From NCBI RefSeq assembly GCF_037042905.1, contig NC_087245.1, positions 21,640,001 to 21,704,000 on the forward strand: 64,000 nucleotides of DNA, written 5' to 3'. Origin of the DNA: Lytechinus pictus. Its lineage: Eukaryota. Below, one piece after another: positions 39,732-53,050 of this stretch. Every line of letters begins with the position of its first letter. Position 1 is the first letter of the stretch. The position numbers and the translations under genes were made by a program. A model generated the notes under the pieces. It did not search any database. It had not been told where the DNA came from and was given only the letters and a program-made list of their open reading frames with translations.

Positions 39732-41528
39732 CAGTGCGTATCAATAAAAAGTTTACACTTTGAAAAAGTCCTGGGCATTGAAAAATATTCATTCATGTAC
39801 AACATGGAGATATTTTTTTCACATATTTTCTTGGGTTTGGGTCTCATATATCAGATGAACATACAGATTTTGACAGAATAGTACGCTTCAGTGAACACTG
39901 TCTATTTTTGTAAAGCTCGCCGAAAGCGGTTTGCGCAGAAAAGGTCATTTTGACGTTGTGCAAAAGGAAAAAAGGCGAAAACAATCGGACCGTGTGGTAC
40001 ATTTCTCATACATTTCCTTTGTATTTTTAGCGAATTGAAATAATGCAGATATTATCTAAATATTTTTAGAACTTTGCCACCCAAATTAACATTTTAATCC
40101 TAGACCACAACCTTTACTCCTTTTTTTGTGTGCCAGCTGGATCTCAGGCAACAACTGAATGTAAACAAAAGTTTATTTCAGACATCTCCAGCATTCTTTC
40201 ACTAAGTTTTTAGACTAGGACCACATTTTGTTAGGGCTGTTATTGATAACATCTTTATCGCTAGTCCTATCGATATCGATTACCTTTCTCTCATTGTCGA
40301 TAATACCCACTATTTTTATATAGACACACAGTGATTTTCTGCGATTTCACGAAAATGGCTATTTGAAAGTGGCTTTTCAAACGGAAAAAAATGTAAAACA
40401 TTTTTCCTCAAACTGCACAGAACAGCAACAGAAATTACTCCAAAATCTCAACAAAATACGAATACAAAATACTAGCCACAAAACACGATCTCGCCCCCAC
40501 TTTGCTATAATTATAGCGAAGTGGGGGTGAGATTGTGACAATCCAAACATCGTGACTGCACTTGACTCTATTCAATCGAATAGAGCGGAAGCTCAATTTG
40601 AGCAAAGTACCAACTAACCTAAAAGGCAGCTAGCACACAGCCGTGTGTTGGTGCCTTCTACGTTCGAAGATGTACAGCACGATATCAAAATGGCGGATAG
40701 GCAAAAGATGTTGACTGCTCAGAACGATGTCCAAAAAGCCCCAAAATGCCCCAAAATATTGATATAACTTCATCCAACCCTAAAATAAGGCTATAAATGT
40801 GAAAGGATGTTTTTATGCTAAATATGTTTGTTAAGTTGTCATTTACATCTGATGAATGCAGATTTAAAAGCGTTCTCAGTAAAGTGGCAGATATAAATTT
40901 TGACCAACGCGAGTATGTGACATCGCTATACATGTAATGCATACAAAAGTGCGTATTGATTATGGTCTTTTGTCGATAGTTATCGATATCAGTAAGATAT
41001 TTTTAGCATGATATTGACAAAGAATTTTCTGAACGATAACAGCCCTACATTTTCAAATTTTCTGTTTCTCCACACTTTTCCCAAGCTTGACAATGATTAA
41101 AAACCTAAAATCAATCCTTAGCCATTTTATGTACATCTCCGTGTAAAGCAGATGTCATCACAACGGCCCTGGTGTGTGTGTGTGTGGGGGGGGGGGGGGT
41201 GTGCAATGATGCTCTATGAAGTGTTTTGGGCAAGGAAACAAACTTAAAAGGCAAAATATATTTTCAAATCTTCCTAGCTAAAGTTTGTGTTCTTCATGAC
41301 TAATTTCTACTTTTATTGATATAAACTATTTCCAAGCCCTGCGCAAATCATTTATCACAAACTTTTCTAAAGTATAGTACTCATTCACGCAGAAAGATTT
41401 TTTGACAGTTATATCGTCATTTGCTTATAAAAGAGATCTGTACTAATAGTTAAATGTTGAAAAAGCTTCAGGATATTACACATGTTTACTTTTACAGCAT
41501 TTTTTTAAGTGTAAACTTATACGCACTG
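39732..41528. mobile_element. Tc1/mariner-like non-autonomous element
   Basis: TA|CAGTGCGTAT...ATACGCACTG|TA with extended aagtttacactt inverted arms. Confidence 0.85.
40232..41047. mobile_element. hAT-like MITE nested in the Tc1-like element
   Basis: TAGGGCTGTTAT TIR; flanks cattttgt / cattttca (6 of 8 match). Confidence 0.75.
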
Positions 41529-42195
41529 TATAGGCTGTAACTGAGTATTGTGATGAACAACACACTTTTGATTATTAGCGTTATCAACTCAAAACCATTT
41601 TTGTCCACTCGAAATTAAAATATTCTCGTATTAAGATATAATACATTTTTAGGTGTACTCAAAGTCTAGCAATCATGATGCTAATATCATGGCACTCACT
41701 TCATTTAAAGCATAATTTTATCTTATTCACAAGGTGCAAACATTCATGATACATGTATATGCATGAACTGCCACCACTGACAAAAGGAAGCAACTCTGTG
41801 GAATGTGTTTCTTTGTAAATGAGAAAAATGTGTCATTAAAAGAGAGCTACACTTGCTCTTTAAATGTACAGATATATATTTCAGAAATTGGGCCATGTAC
41901 GTGTATATGACTTCAGATCATTGACAATTTTGCAGAACATTCTTGAAATATTCTAATCAAGAAAAAGAAAATTTTGAAGAAAAAAAAAAGAGTTGCTTCC
42001 TTTTTGTCAGGAGACGGTATATGTAGTATACAGCTTCTATAATTTAATATGGATCTATGAATATTCATTTACATAATTTTGTGTCTTTTGTCTTCTTGAT
42101 ATTTTTGGCTAAATATTTCAATAATAGTATCTCAAATCTGGTTAGTCGGGGAAGATGGTATTGATTTCTGGATATACTATATTATATACTGTAGT

Positions 42196-42898
42196 TTTTT
42201 ATTACCTGCCAATCGAATTTTGAAGGAATCGGCATATGGTCGGGCTGTCCATCACACATCTTGCGGGTCAAACTACTTCCTCAGTTTTTATCCAATTTCC
42301 ATGAAATTTGTAACACAGTTCGGACTTGGTTAAAAGATGCACAAGACATATTTTTTGCATTTGTGGGAAATCTTGTTGCCATGGTGATTATGCCAAAAAT
42401 TAGGTAAAAATCTTGCAGTGTGAACTACTTCATCAGTTTTCAACCAATTCTCATGATATTTGGTTCATAAGATGGGCAAGACATTTTTCTCCTCCATGTG
42501 TTGGAAACTGCATTTCCATGGTAACAGCATATTACAGCAATGTGTAAACATGTGGATTGAACTATGTCATCAATTTATGACCTATGCCCATGATATTTGG
42601 CACGCACATACATGTAGGTCTTGAGCTTAAGATGTGCAAGACACTTTTTTTGCATTTGTCAGAAAATGTGTTGCCATTTAACTATGTAAAAAAAAAATCA
42701 GAAATACTTATTGTGGATCACACTACTTCCCCAGTTTTTAGCCAGTGCTCATGAAAGTTGGCAAAAATATTCATCTTGGGGTAAAGACACGCAATTTTTA
42801 ATTTTCTAAATTTGTTCTAAGTTTGATCTCCCATTGGTGCTACATGCTGGAATAGAAGACGTTTTTGGTTGAGGTAACTTCTAGTTTGCCTTGCTTGT
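42196..42898 (+). mobile_element. Degenerate HINE-like element with tandem core
   Basis: T-run start, ttacct / aggtaac subTIR, repeated actacttc..cagtttt units, cttgcttgt end. Confidence 0.55.
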
Positions 42899-44402
42899 GG
42901 GAATTTTTTTATACATGTAGTATGAATGTCATCTTTTGTGTGATTCTTTCTTCAATGTTATCAACTCGTTAACTTCTATATTTCATGCAAAGAATGATAA
43001 TAATATTCTTGTTACTATCTGTCAGGGATCAGAAGTGGTGGTGTAACAGCGAGGATGTTGCAGAGAATGGCTTCAGGATGTTTGTGAAGAAATATGAGTA
43101 TCGGACAATGGTAAGTAATTAATTCCACCTATCCTCCATTTGCGGACAGTGAATCATTTCAAGCCCCATTTCATCATCTCTTATTCTCTTACACTGTTTC
43201 TTCCAAGTTGCTGGGATGTTGCCAGAAAGAATTTCATTGAAACATTGGAGTAAAAGTAACTGTTAATGTTTATGTTTTTCCTATAAGAATTCACTTTACC
43301 CCCCCCCCCCCCCATGGCTTTGTCTTGAACCCTTATATCTACTGGATGTACCTATCATAATGGAATACTAAAAAAAAGTGGACAGAGTGAAAAGAAAATG
43401 CCAAAAATAATATTTCTAAACACTAACAAATCCCTGTTTTTATTGTATCTTAATGAAAGTTTGTTGTCCTTTTGACCTTTCCATTACTAATAGGTGATAT
43501 TCCATGTCCAGTGTTGGCAAAGGTGTTGGTATTGGCGTTGGAATTTGGATTGCTTCCCCTAGCTCCAAAATCTATCTGAGTTTGTAAAAGTGATCCAGAT
43601 CACATTATTGACATCTCAAAAACTAGTGAGTGACTTTTCAGGACCATCTTCATTTTATGTTTGGTGTTATACTCGTGTAAAAATTGACCTAACACCAACA
43701 GGTCAACACTTAACTTGAAATCACCCAATGTCATAACAGGAGGCCAAGGGTATATGATGCTGTACACTTTTTCACTATAACAAGACAAACAATGTGACGA
43801 ATCACACAACCGGGGCCATTTTCAAAATTTGACCCCAATTGACTCAATTTTGCCTCCTCAAATGGTCAAGATGACCATTAGAATTTTCACACCAAGTTGA
43901 AAGTTGTTCCTTATGATGTCCCTGAACACATGATTTTAAGTGAAAAATCAAACTTGGCAAATTTGTCGAAGTAAATGACCAACGCTGCCTGACTATTATC
44001 ATTTTGATAATTCTTGCTACCCAGCAAACACGAGATCCTACCTGCATTTTGAGTATGATTTCATAATCACTTTGAGATGATTCCATTTTTCAAATTCATC
44101 ACCGAGTACACAATTTTTATCTTAAATTTATTTTCTATTTATGTTTCTATCTGCAGCAAGCAGGGACTGGGATTTCTTTCCATGAGAGCATAACCGTAAC
44201 AGGTTCATATGGCAGAAGGGGTTCAACAGGGAGCACTGAATATGGAGCTAGATTAAAAATAAGTCTTTGTTAAGGTGGAGGATAAACTCAACAAACTCTG
44301 GTCAGATGTCAAGATAATTCCTAGAAATAAGACACCAGAACCAGTGGTAAGTTGTGCAGCATTAATAATAGTTGTTATTAGGGCATTTTAGCGGTGCATT
44401 AA

Positions 44403-45006
44403 AGGGATGCTCCGGGCTGAAAATATTCATATCTAAATAAATATAGTAAAATTCACAGAGCAAAATGCTGAAAATTTCATCAAAATCGGATAACAAAGTT
44501 ATTGAATTTTAAAGTTTATCAATATTTTGTGAAAACGGTTATGCACATTGTCATGAATATTCATTAGGTGGGTTAATGATGTCACATCCCCACTTTCCTT
44601 TTTCTTATGTCATTACGTGAAATCAAAATTGTTTCTTTTTTCATGAATGTGTAAATGATGTGTCTCCATTATTATGAAATAAGTTGCAGCAAGAAATAAC
44701 TAATGCACTTAATCAGTTGTCAATCCAATTGTTTTAGTTCTTGGTAGAGAAATTTTGAATAACCCTAATTTCATATAATAAAATACAAAAGAACAAGTGG
44801 GGATATGATATCATCAGCCCACCTAATGAATGTTCATGAAGACATGCCTAGAACTGTTTCACCTAGTTTCACCGGAATAATGCAAATCTTTAAAATTCAA
44901 TAACTTTGTTAGTTGTTCTCTGATTTTGATGAAATTTTCAGCATTTTTCTCTGTGTAATTCACTCTTTTTATTTTGATATGAATATCTTCAGCCTGGAGC
45001 ATCCCT
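44403..45006. mobile_element. Kolobok-like MITE with long TIRs
   Basis: TTAA|agggatgctcc(g/a)ggctgaa...ttcagcctggagcatccct|TTAA. Confidence 0.85.
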
Positions 45007-45599
45007 TTAAAAATGCGCCGAGTGCTTTTGCATGTTCTTGCGAACGTATACTGAGATGCCTGCATTGTCACGAACATTACAAATTTATAAATGTGCATTA
45101 TTTGTCTTATAAAATTGGCCGACAGTAAAAATTTGTTGTGGAAAGGTTTTTCAAGTTTCTCAAAATTTTTGAGGATTGAATGGATGAGGAGATCACATCT
45201 GCTTTCTATTATGACATCATAGGCTCATTGAGTATGCATGCCTAAGTAAGCGAATCACAATCCTTGCCATAGCCCTTTGAAAGAAGGGGTTCCCAGCCCA
45301 TCAGGGAAAATTATTTTACGTTTTTCCATTCAGGGAAGAATCAGGGAAGTTGATCAAAAATACCTCAAATCAGGGAAAATGCCTCAAAATGAGGCTATTG
45401 GCTATACATGTACTGTACATCCTTGAACCCATTTTTGTAGTGTACCGTATTGAATCGCAAGATTTATACCTTATTGTATGGATCCCGGTATAGGATAATT
45501 TTGCTGCTCTGTGGAATACACTCTGAAAATGCAGAGGCGAGTCATGGAGACCAAGAAAATTTTGGAATAATGAAATGTACAATTTTCTAGATTACATCA

Positions 45600-48500
45600 T
45601 TGGTGACACGCTGGTCGATTAGTAGTTGTGATCGGCAGCGATGTGCATCCAAGATCTTGGAGGGGACCTAAAGATCCCCCTATCTTTCCAGTGTAGAAAA
45701 TACCTTGGTATCACTAGGATTACTGCAATATGATGTAATGGATAATGAGGGCTGAGGATCACTTGTCAACTGCCACAGTAATACTGCTGACAGTGCCCAC
45801 CTTCCAGGGGCCAGTAACATAAAGCTTAGCAGTCATCGAAGAACACTTTTATACAATTGATTGCATTGTTGACTATAATGTACAATTAGTCATGAAAATC
45901 AAGCGTATGTTTAATTGCCAACCTTTGTGTTACGGGACCAAGAAGGCTGATCTACCCATCATCGGACTGCTGCCTCCTTCCTGTTGGGTTGCTGAAGAAT
46001 CTCTCTCTTGTTTTTCACTACTAGTACTGTTTCAATGTACATGTAAATAATCATCATTGCACAGGTATTTATGTTTGGGTTTATGACAAGCTGCTAGAAG
46101 GATTATTTCTACAAGTTCAGTGCAAGGTCCGTGTACAAGGCTTGAATCGGCAATATTGTATTGGAATATTAAGAACTTTATATGATCATATCTCTTTGCA
46201 ACATTAGTTCTCTAATTTGTACAATCATGTGTCAGTTACACAAGTTCAATTCTGATGGCAGGATGTCTAAGAAGCATTCTTGCTGTTATTTTTAGTGAAT
46301 ATATCTTGCGTAAGCATTTGATACAGGTGATCACTTGGCATATTGCCATTGATCATTTCACTTTTACTCTTGATGTTATGTCATTTTAGCTTTAGCCATC
46401 ATAACAAGGGAGAGAATGCAGGCTAGAAGAGGGACGAAGGAATGCTGACCTCTTTGTCATTTTGCCAAACATAAAGGACCTATCAGCTTTTCAACAGAGA
46501 CTAAGGAGAACATAAGGCTGTTTTACCATCCATTGAACGTAAGTCAAGAGCCTGCATCTTAGACCCTCATCTTAATAAACCAAGCCCTGCCCAAAAGGGG
46601 ATGAAGTGGAGTACAAAACCACAGTTTGGACCCCTGTCTAAAAGACCTAACCTTGAATCCATACAGCTGTTCTGGGTCTGGGAATGGCAGTCAGTTGCAG
46701 CTATCATTCCTCCAATAAGAGTCCAAAATTACATGCACAAATGCAAGTAGTTTACAGGCATGATTGATTGGGTACCTCCATTCGACTAGCCTACAACTTT
46801 TATTTATGAGGGTACAAAAACAATTTTATTAGAGCATACTTTGACCAAGTATCAAAGCTTTTAGATCTTTAAAATGGAAATTGACGATTTAGTTTACTGT
46901 AAAAAAGAGAATGAAGTCCATAATGACCAGAACCATATTTAGTAAAGACATAACATGAAGACGCGCATATGAAATAAGACTAGTCATTGTGTAATGTAGA
47001 GCTCTTTTGACAGACTGCACCCCGATAGTGTCTGAACAGAACGTCTATCACAGCTATGACGGGGTGGAGTTGTGATCCTACCCTCCTTCGACACTTGTCG
47101 TAGCAGGCCAAAATTTGGCAAAATCCATACCGACTTCTTCCATTTCCTCACTAGGAGTGTCTAGTAGGAAAGGGTGATTTTTTTTGTCCTTTGTCAGGGT
47201 AGGTCAGTTAGAAAAGTGTCTGTTAAGATGGGGTTTTGTTTGATCTGGTGACAATTGGCGCTTTGTGCTATACTGCCATTAGACTTAATTACCATGCATG
47301 AATCACAACTCTTTGGGCAACAAATCTATAAAAAATGTGTATATATATTCACCATAAAATTAATTTTAGGTTTTTATTTTTATGTTATGATAAAGTCATG
47401 GTCCCATTTGTGGATTTTGGGAGGAAAATATGTCTTTCCTGAAAAGTAACCATTTCAAACTTATTTCCATTTTACTTGAAGCGTAATGTCTGTAACGATT
47501 CAGATATATAAATTTTTGTAGCACTTTGCGTTTTGGTCCAATTCTGCTGTTTGATTCAAATGCAATGCTAAAATATGATATCACACAAGATATCCAGTGA
47601 TATTTTTTACATCTATTATTTATTGCCTTTAACTCAGAAATCATGACACATTTGTAGCACACAGACAAATATTTACAAATTTCTTTGTGTACAGTGAAGA
47701 AGGGGAAGGGTTAATTATATGTGGACATAACCAGATAGCATCACTGCTCCCCACTCCCACCATGCGATTACAGAAACCATATCTACTTCCAAACCGATGT
47801 GGAAGCAGAAAGAATGGCATGTCTGAACAAAGTTTTCTGACACACATCAAGGCTGCATGTTAAAAAGACTGTAAATATAACAATTACAAAAAAAAGAAAG
47901 GAAAAGCATATACTGGTAGTTCGTTTGTTCAAATGCACACTTTTCCATATTCCATGTATGTGGGTCACAGTGTGATTATATTTTTTTATGATATTTAAAT
48001 TATACATGTATTTTGTTCTTTCAACTGCAGTCATGTCAAACATGGAATCACCAGCTATCTGGTGTCAACCATCTTCCAAGCGAAAATCAGAAAGAGAGAG
48101 GGTCTACCAGAGACATGGACATGCCACCAATCTTCAAGTCTTCATCTACCAGGGATGTCTGATGTAACTGGTCTTTGCCTGAAGTACGATCAACATAAGA
48201 GCGGATTTGGCACCAACCTCTTCCATATACAACCTCCATCTTTTGTTACTAATTTTCCTCATATTTCATGATGGAGAAAGTTAACAGGGATTGCTCTTGA
48301 CACCAGTCATTATCTACACTCTATGTCTGGTGTTAGCCTTAGCCCTATTTTAACTGGGCCTGTTCAGATCAATTTTTTACTGGTATACAATGTAGATGAT
48401 GTTATGTGTTCGGCTATGTGGAATATTACTCCAATGACTGTCTAGAATATGCTCAAGCCTTAATGGGGGGGGGGGGGGGTTACACCTGACTTTATTATGA

Positions 48501-51500
48501 CTTTTGTGTAGCTCCACGGAGCAGGTCCAAGCTATTGTTTCTTTGCTGATAGTTGTAGTAGTTGAAATAATTAACAACTTTATCTTGGTGAAGTTTGTAT
48601 TTGTGAAAATTGTGCTGACTTTTCTGCAAAAGTGGATCCAAAGGTTTTCCAGAGTTTTTCCCTTATGAGTTTTATCTCTGGTTTTTTACCCTGGATCTAC
48701 TTGTCGTAGAACTAGTCAGGGGGGGGGGGGGTTAAGGGGATGGGGTGGGGTGTTTTAGGGTAAATAATTCAAAAATGCAAATGGACTTGCAACGACATCT
48801 CCCAACTATTAAGTCTTGCTCATCTTTTAAGAATGAATTTTGTATGCCTGGATATGTGGGTCCAAATTTTTTTTTTACATTTTGTATTAAGGCATGCAAG
48901 ATGCAAAATTGGTCAAAAGCATGATTTTTGTATGTACAAATGTACAACTCCATTGCAAATCCTGTTTCTTGCCAAAATTTATCAATGTAAATCAATTTTA
49001 TGCGGAAAAAAACCTCAAAACAAGTCGAAAAACAAAGGTCAAGGTCACAGAGATACACAAATGTACATATATACATATACATATATACCGTATACATATA
49101 TCAAATATCTCATTCTCGAGATAATTGAAAAACTGTATTTGAGATGGACTGCGAATTCAGATGATAATTTACCTTTATTGGCAAGGCAGTTATCTTACTA
49201 GATTTTGGGGTCTGGAGGTCTAAGTTCATAGAGGTCACGTTATACCTTAAAGTATCTTTTTCTCGCGATAAACCTTTTTAAGGATTCAACTTTAAACTTT
49301 ACTCGAGTACATGTATGGAAGTGACAATGATCTGAATAGATATTAGGGTCATGAGGTTCAAAGGTCACATGGTTCATTATAAACAGTAATATCTTGTTTT
49401 TGCAATAACTATAATTGTTGGGGTCTTGGGAACAAAGTACAGATATCATTTTATACATTGTTCTTGCTGTCCAGCGAACTGTTTGAGAGAAAGTTGCCAA
49501 TCAAAGACTCATGTATGTATCTATGATAGGATGATCTTTATCAGATTTTAGGGTCATAAGGTCAGGGGTCAAAGGTTACAGATGTTCTTAATTCAAGATA
49601 TTAAAAGTTATACATATTCTACATCTGGCAATAGCAGAGACATAAATTTTGACTGTCTGCAGTCGAGAATCCCTTCTGTTTCTGTCAAATTTTGCATAGT
49701 CCCACTAATATACATTAACAATGTATGGTTCCAGTCATGTGTTCCAGTTCAGGGTTTTTCCCCCTTATTTCAGATCATTTTAAATTAATGCAAACCAAGT
49801 CTGGGAAGTGGTTTACAAATATTTAAAACTGACTACAAGTCATGCTTACTCAAGTGATCATTAATACGCAAATGATAATTTGCACTGCAGTCTCATTAAT
49901 ACATGTATGTAATACAGCATATCCTCTGATTCTGATCCAATCAATATGATGATCTGTTATTTTCCACATACAAGTGAAAATTCAAGAGCAATTGTTGTTC
50001 ACATTTAAATCTTTGTGATACACCTCTTTGATTTGTCTCTTACGTCACATGTTCTAGGGACAGTGATATTCTGTTTACCGGTTATTCAAAACCCTAAATC
50101 TGTTGTGGTTCTTTTTTTCATGGTAAATTTCATTGAATTAACTTTTGAAAAATGGAATTAATGTATTTGCTGTGTACATTTCTAAAACAAAATGGAATTT
50201 CCATTTTAGATCAAGTATTAAACAGAGTTACAGGTTTCCAGAAACAGAAAATGCAATTTTTCAAAAACCAAAAATCACTGTCCCTAATGTCATGTCAGAT
50301 AGCTTGGACCTGCCCTCACATATGTAATGTACGATTGTTTATACTATATACTTGCTTTGTATTCGCAATCTCATTTTTCTCTCTTGAAAATAAAATGTAA
50401 GACCGGCAGCGAAGGAGATTCGTTCAAGTGGGAGGACCAGAGCAGTTGACCTCATTGATTGATGGTGGTAGGCCCTGAACCTCACAAACATGGTTTCCGG
50501 TCTGGTTTGAGCTGTGATCTTCCTGCCAAAATTACACAATATGTGACATCACTACCAAGAGTTAAGTTTTTCAGTGTACAGAGAGGGGCACTAGACACCA
50601 TTGTGCATGGTATACAACCTCTGTAAGGTAAGTGCTTTATTTCTGATTTCTATGATATTTTGTGTAGCCTAGAGTATGTGGGACAATGCAATCGGTTTTC
50701 CAGCAATTAGTACTGAGGGCACTAATAGGTTTGGGAAAATTAGGCATCAATTTTACCCATTTGGGGCTTTTTATCCACTTTTTGCCACTATTGCATTTTT
50801 TAAATTCATAACATTTTGTTAAATCTTTGGAATGATATCCTTTTCATGAAAATCTATCAAAACTTTCACATTTCCAAAGGAAATTTTGAAAATTTGTAGG
50901 GATTTCAAAAAACTCTTCTACAATACAATACTTGCATTATCTGTTGATCCATTGATAGTCGTCTTTCTTTATATACCTTTCTGTACTATCTGCTATAGCT
51001 GCTGCTCTAAATTCATCTTTGTTTCACACTGTTGCAACATTTTATCTGCCATGACTGATATGATAATGTGCTATTAAGACAAAAAAAATAATTTAACAGG
51101 AAATTTGAATATATTTACAGACTTTGATCTCATTTAAAATAATTAATTGCAGAGCCATGATAGAGCAGTGAGAATATTTTGCAATAAATATATTCCCTAT
51201 TTCTGTACATATTAGTTTTTTTGACAGACTAAAAAGTGTTTGGTCCTCTTCCCTTTTCACCATGAACCTAAATGTTTGGGAAAATGCCGAGTGTGTATCC
51301 ATCATGTAAACACATAATGCGAGAGATTTAGCCAGACCTGTGTTGGATGACAATGATATTGTGATGAAGGTGGCTTCTCAATATCGGTTAGTCTGCCAAA
51401 AACGAAAGAAAAAACGCCTTTTATCCTCAACTCTGGATAAAAAGTTTAACCCATATTTATGAGGATTGTGTGCTTCAATGTTTTATTCCACAATGTGTAA

Positions 51501-53050
51501 AGACAAAAATATTCCTTCAAATGCTGCAATACAAGTTAGCATGGAATCTAGTTGTAGAAGTGCAATGTCAAAGTTGATTTCCATCTTTTCAGCTAGTGCT
51601 ATTTGCTTGTCCACTGTGGTGTCTCTAGTTGACTCCTATTGATGTTTTGTATTGGACCTTTTGCATGTTTGTTAAATTGTTTGACGGAGCAGTTTAGCCT
51701 AGATGGTTTTGGGGCTTGGTGGCAGTGATCAAGGTCGATCAAGAACCGGTTTGCACTCCAAAGGAGAGAAGAGATGAACTGTTGATGTATGTTTGAAGAG
51801 AGTGCTGCTTACTTCTGGAGTAATGTTTCAATTGCATGTGACATTTTTGCATTTGTTGTTTGAAAATCTGGCAATGTTGTGATAATCCTCAAGTAATCTC
51901 TGACGAAGAGGGATGGTGTTCTTTTCAACCTAGATGTTGGTATCCAGTGGTCTTCACTACATCATGCAAGTTGTTAGACATTATAAATGGTGATATCTTA
52001 TGATGGTGCCTTACAGGTGGTCGGATTGATAATAATCATAGTATCATTTGGTAGACATTACAGCACTCTGATCTGCATGTCTCTTGCTATCTAAGCTTAT
52101 TACCATCTGGAATTCATCCACGTTTCAGTCTGTGGGTGGGGCAGTGATCCCCCAAGATTGTCAACCTTCTCAATTCTCCATTTTCCATTCTTTCCATGTT
52201 TATTCAGTCAATGCATTGCCTGGTAATTTTTCCTCTGTACATTTAAGGCTATTTCCTGTGTCAATGAGAATTGCATTTAGGGTTGCTGTATTTGGGAAGG
52301 CATTTGATGGGGCTTGGCCTATCTGATTTGGTTGATCAGGTTGTCTTTCAAATTCACATTTATCTCTCTCCTGTGTTTTGAAAACTTTATTTGGTCCAAA
52401 GCAGGGTTCCTATTTGGACATACCTGAAAAATTGGTTCAAGTCAGGCTTTACCTACTGTGGTCATAGAGGATTGTGGCATGGCCTACGGGAAGGAGCCAG
52501 GGTAGGATGACCTTTCGAGACACGAGAATTCTGACTATGGTGATCAATGCAAGATGCTCCTAATTCATTGAAGAGCCTCATCAGCATCCACACTCGGTGC
52601 CATCGCTCTCAAGGGGTCAGAGTTAATGATTCTTCAAGACTTTACCATGGTATGGTATTCAGTTAAAGAGTTTTGTTGTACCTTGAAGAGCCTCAGCAGG
52701 ATTTTCACATGGATCTGTTATTGTGGCAGGGACGAAGGGGCACTTCTAGCCAATACGTATGTTTGAAGATAAGGGGTGTATAGATTAGAGGACTTCTTCT
52801 AGAGATTGTTTCAACGGTTTCCAACATCCAGTCTGGAATGACTTTAGGAGTTTCTATTTGTTGCCGTCTGTGAAATTTGACATTGCACTACACTTCTAGG
52901 GAACATGCATTGTATTGTGGTAATTGGTGGCGCATTGTGGGATATTAAGTGCACTGCACTTCCTCTGGACGAGCCTATCTTGAGGGTTCGACCTGTTAGA
53001 TCTAGATTCGCATATATCTTGTCATTCTGAATGCAATAGCTTTTTCTCTC
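45600..53050 (-). mobile_element. Highly decayed Gypsy-like LTR retrotransposon remnants (tentative), fragmented by later insertions
   Basis: Minus-strand gag-like PYLQTYVLARSAP...NPAEALQ (about 52680-52780) and frameshifted GPY/F-like QALYT-GPC (about 46120-46145), in the expected order; no intact ORF or LTR pair seen. Confidence 0.3.
48519..50317. mobile_element. Non-autonomous TIR element (Sola-like GAG...CTC ends, tentative)
   Basis: gcaggtccaagctat / atagcttggacctgc inverted ends; same terminus at 32349-32367. Confidence 0.6.

Larger units (their letters stand above)
21629..44346 (+). pseudogene. Spliced locus B: degenerate multi-exon gene (pseudogene or lncRNA), product unknown
   Basis: Candidate exons 21629-21710 (|gtaagt), 32845-32994 (ttttag| ... 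AAG|gtgagc), 39103-39424 (ttcag| ... AAG|gtaagc, MITE inside), 43026-43110 (|gtaagt), 44157-44346 (ctgcag| ... |gtaagt). Most contain in-frame stops or a frameshift. Linking them into one transcript is inferred. Confidence 0.4.
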
